Positions 60,969 to 64,000 of a stretch of DNA of 64,000 nucleotides are shown piece after piece. Each line of letters begins with the position of its first letter. Positions within the stretch are counted from its first letter, which is position 1. The notes below the pieces were generated by a model, which made no database searches, was not told the origin of the DNA, and was given only the letters and a program-made list of their open reading frames with translations. Origin of the DNA: a virus; the IMG/VR virus record IMGVR_UViG_3300036770_008702, positions 1-64,000 of that record. One strand, given 5' to 3'. The position numbers were made by a program, and so were the translations under genes.

Positions 60969-62900
60969 TCAGCGCAGCCAGCCGGAGCGGGTGCCCAGCC
61001 ATGTCCGCGGCCGCATCGCCGGAGAGTTGCCGAGCGCCTGCAGGGCGGGTGCAGGTTGTGCCTGGTCCATGGTTGCTGACGTCGCGCTGCTGGTGGATGT
61101 CGGCGCCGTGGTAATTGGCGCGTCCGCCAGTTCCTCGCGCAACCTCTGCCAGAACCGCTCGCCGTAGCGATCGGCGCCTAGCAACCACAGCGCGGCGCGC
61201 GCCAGCACGGCGCAATCCAGTGCCTCGTTGCGCTCCCTGAGCTTCGACCATTCCTGCCGTGCGAAGCCTCGCCGGTCCTTGGTCGTCCGCAACTGCTCGG
61301 CGACCAGCTGCTTCACCCATTCCACTTCGATGGCCCGCGGCAGATGCACCCACCCCTGGGGGAACTCCTCCGCCTCACCTCGGCCGAGCCACAGCCGGCG
61401 ATACAGGTCCGCCTTCCAGGTCGAGACCGACACCGTCCACAGCTTCAGCCCGCGCCGCAGCTTCTGGCCGTTGACCAAGGCATCGACCAGTGTCGGCCCC
61501 TGAACCGGCTGTGCTCGGTTCCAGCCCTCCACGCCCTTGGTCGGCGCGATCCGCGGATCCCGCAGATGCCGGAGGTGGCCGTAGACCGAAGCCGTGTCCC
61601 GGCCGCCGGTGTCCACGCATACCTTGGCGATGCGCATCGCGCCGGCAGTACCGGTGCTACGCGGCCAGTCCCTCGCCAGCAGCTTCGCCAGCTCATCCCA
61701 CGGCGCCCGCTCCCGCGGACTGCCGGCGATCACGACGTGGTCGATTAGCCAAGAGGTGTAGCCCTCGGCCCAACCCCAGACATCGACTTCGATGCGATCG
61801 TCCTGCACGTCGACCCCGGCGGTGAGCACCAGGGCGCCCGGAGGCACGATGCTGAGGGCGAAGTCCTCGCGCCGCTCGACCAGCCGCTCCCAATCCGGCG
61901 CCTCGCCATGCTCCTGCCACGTCTCGCCCAGCACGGTGTTGCGGAAGGTCTTGAGGTCTTCCGCCTTGCCCTGCGCTGCCTCCCAGTCCCGCGCGATCTG
62001 CTCCCACGACAGCCACCCCACCGGCGAGTAGAGGGCCGAGATGTGGTAGCCAACCGTGTGCGGGTCCGACGCCTCGGCCGTGGCCCGCCACTCGCCCCCG
62101 GCCAGCATCGCCGTCTTGTGGTGCTCGCCGATCGGCTGGTCGCATGCCTCGCAGTGATAGGCGGCGCTGATAGGGTTGCCTCGCTCCCAGACCAGCCGCT
62201 CAAAGCGCAGCCACTGCATCGCCAGGCAGTGCGGGCACGGCACGAAGAACCGCCGCTGGTCGCTGGAAAGGTATTCCCGCTCGATCCGGCTGCGCCCGGC
62301 AATGGTTGGCGTCGAGACCAGATACGCCTTGCGCCGCCAGCCGAAGGTCCGCGCCCGCGCCTCGGCCAGTGCGATCGGATCTCCCTCGCCCTCGACGTCA
62401 CCGGGATAGGCATCGACCTCGTCCAGGAACAGGAACCGCGCCGTCATCGAGCGCAGCCCGACCGCCGAGTTGGCCCCGGTCAGCACCAAGATGCCGCCAG
62501 GAAACTCTTTCGACAGCATGGTGTTGCCGCTGTCCCTGGCCCGGGCCGGTGCCACCCGTTCCCTCAGCGCGGGCGTCTCCTCCAGCAGGGGATCGATCCT
62601 CTGCCGGCTGAAGCGCTTGGCCAGTTCCACCGTCGGCTGAACCGCCAGCACCGGCGCCGGCACGTGGTGCATGATGTAACCCAGCCAGCAATTGCCCCCC
62701 TCGCTCGCGCCGACCTGAGCGCCCTTCATGAACACCACGCGGCGGGCCGGATGCACGGCCGACAGCGCGTCCATGATGTCGCGCAGATACGGGGTGCGGG
62801 CCGTGCGCCACGGCCCCGGTTCCGACGAGGCTCGCGTACTCAGCACTCGGTGCCGCTCGGCCCATTGGCTGACCGTAAGCTGCGGCGGCGGGCGCAGCAT
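60969..62900 (-). CDS. Terminase large subunit, GpA family (copy B)
   Basis: Same motifs as 730-2697. Confidence 0.95.
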   Translation of the reverse strand: MLRPPPQLTVSQWAERHRVLSTRASSEPGPWRTARTPYLRDIMDALSAVHPARRVVFMKGAQVGASEGGNCWLGYIMHHVPAPVLAVQPTVELAKRFSRQRIDPLLEETPALRERVAPARARDSGNTMLSKEFPGGILVLTGANSAVGLRSMTARFLFLDEVDAYPGDVEGEGDPIALAEARARTFGWRRKAYLVSTPTIAGRSRIEREYLSSDQRRFFVPCPHCLAMQWLRFERLVWERGNPISAAYHCEACDQPIGEHHKTAMLAGGEWRATAEASDPHTVGYHISALYSPVGWLSWEQIARDWEAAQGKAEDLKTFRNTVLGETWQEHGEAPDWERLVERREDFALSIVPPGALVLTAGVDVQDDRIEVDVWGWAEGYTSWLIDHVVIAGSPRERAPWDELAKLLARDWPRSTGTAGAMRIAKVCVDTGGRDTASVYGHLRHLRDPRIAPTKGVEGWNRAQPVQGPTLVDALVNGQKLRRGLKLWTVSVSTWKADLYRRLWLGRGEAEEFPQGWVHLPRAIEVEWVKQLVAEQLRTTKDRRGFARQEWSKLRERNEALDCAVLARAALWLLGADRYGERFWQRLREELADAPITTAPTSTSSATSATMDQAQPAPALQALGNSPAMRPRTWLGTRSGWLR

Positions 62901-62934
62901 GGAGCCCGCACGCCGGCGGACATGTTCCGCCGTC

Positions 62935-63465
62935 CTAGCTGCGGTCTCCGAGGCCTGGGGGATCGAAGCGATCTGCGGCCTCCGTCAGTAGATCGGTGAC
63001 GTGCTGCTGCAGCACGGTCTGCACCAGGTGGGGCTCCACCCCGAGATCGGCGGCGATCATGCCGGACACCCGGGCGGGCCAATTCAGCAGCGCGTCGCGC
63101 ATGGCACCGGCGATCTCGTCGATCGCGGCATTGGCGGTCACGGCGTCCAGCAGCCGGCCCTTGTCCTCGTCCAGCGCCATGCGCTGGGCTTCGACCTTGA
63201 GCGCCAGCTGGGCGACACGGAGCCTGGCGTAGGGCGTAGCATCGCCCGACAACCCCGCCTGCGTGGTGCCCGCGCCCACAGCACCCGCCAGCGGCGATCG
63301 CACCGGGTCCGCCGTCTCGATCATGCGGCGCCGCGACTTCTCCACGTCCCACTGGCCATCCGGCTCGCGCTCGATGCGGCCCTTGGCTTCCGCCTTGCGC
63401 AGGGCCGTCTCGGTGACGCCGATGCGTCGGGCCAGTTCGCGGGTGGACGGTGTCAGCTCCGACAT
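62935..63465 (-). CDS. Terminase small subunit-like protein (copy B)
   Basis: Close paralogue of 2678-3211. Confidence 0.82.
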   Translation of the reverse strand: MSELTPSTRELARRIGVTETALRKAEAKGRIEREPDGQWDVEKSRRRMIETADPVRSPLAGAVGAGTTQAGLSGDATPYARLRVAQLALKVEAQRMALDEDKGRLLDAVTANAAIDEIAGAMRDALLNWPARVSGMIAADLGVEPHLVQTVLQQHVTDLLTEAADRFDPPGLGDRS

Positions 63466-63590
63466 GGCGGCGACCTCCCGCCGCACGTGGCGCTCATTCT
63501 GCGCTCAATCCGACTTGGCTGTGCCGCGCTCCAGCGCGAAGTGTCCATCACGCGCAGGGGACCAGACCCCGCCAGCCAGGAGCAGCACAG

Positions 63591-63959
63591 ATGGCAAACA
63601 CCAGCATTCCGCAGACCCAGAACCGCGAATGGGGGTTCTTCGGGACCATCTCCCACCACGCCGACCCGGAACGCGCCTGGGACATTGCCCTGGCCTTCAT
63701 CGCCGGCACCACCGGGTGCAGCCCCGAAGCCACGCGCGCCTTCCTCGACAGTCGCTACGGACGCCACTTCGCGGACGAGGTCAGCAACCACCTGGCGGCG
63801 GGCCAGGGACTGGCCAGCGCCATCAACGCCGCCGCGACCACCTGGATGGGTTGGCGGATCAGCGCCCGCACCGCCCACGAGACCGGCATCCCCCGCGGGC
63901 TCCCCTACCTGACCGGCTACGTCCTGCACGCCGAGATCGAGGCCGACACCACCGACTGA
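63591..63959 (+). CDS. Conserved phage hypothetical protein (copy B)
   Basis: Near-identical to 3382-3750. Confidence 0.85.
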   Translation: MANTSIPQTQNREWGFFGTISHHADPERAWDIALAFIAGTTGCSPEATRAFLDSRYGRHFADEVSNHLAAGQGLASAINAAATTWMGWRISARTAHETGIPRGLPYLTGYVLHAEIEADTTD

Positions 63960-64000
63960 CGCGCCGCCCTCCGCCACCGCCCCGACCGGGTTCCGCCCGG

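Larger units (their letters stand above)
35796..64000 (-). mobile_element. Element B: siphovirus-like prophage late region, continuing beyond the window
   Basis: terS-terL-gpW-portal-capsid-tail tube-TMP-fibre order; left boundary uncertain. Confidence 0.9.

Noticed and set aside
38440-63465. Gene transfer agent cluster
   Set aside because: GpA terminase, lambda-type portal and long TMP differ from the RcGTA organisation.

Overview
High-GC alphaproteobacterial-type DNA (gene content suggests Acetobacteraceae; inference) containing two related phage-derived elements in the same orientation. Element A (<1 to ~30.6 kb) has a lambda-type GpA terminase pair, a cosQ/cosN-like site, two ParB-fused DNA methyltransferases, a primase-helicase followed by an iteron cluster, and a DUF2924/large serine recombinase module. 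No head or tail genes are visible for it. It carries heavy defence cargo: a RES toxin, a VapBC45-like pair, a Dsr1-like sirtuin, type I R-M with RhuM, and unknown ORFs. A mixed cargo and relic zone (30.6-38.4 kb) holds a cold-shock gene, an orphan histidine kinase, a GT2, IS fragments and decayed tail-fibre chaperone copies. Element B (~35.8 kb to >64 kb) is a siphovirus-like prophage late region running from terminase through portal, protease-capsid fusion, lysis genes, tail tube, frameshifted chaperone and tape measure to fibre. It is interrupted by an IS1182 and by two antisense morons, one an intact beta-ureidopropionase-like nitrilase. Main hypothesis: A is a terminase-bearing, headless defence satellite beside a related helper. 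All family assignments come from motif recognition by eye; no searches were run.
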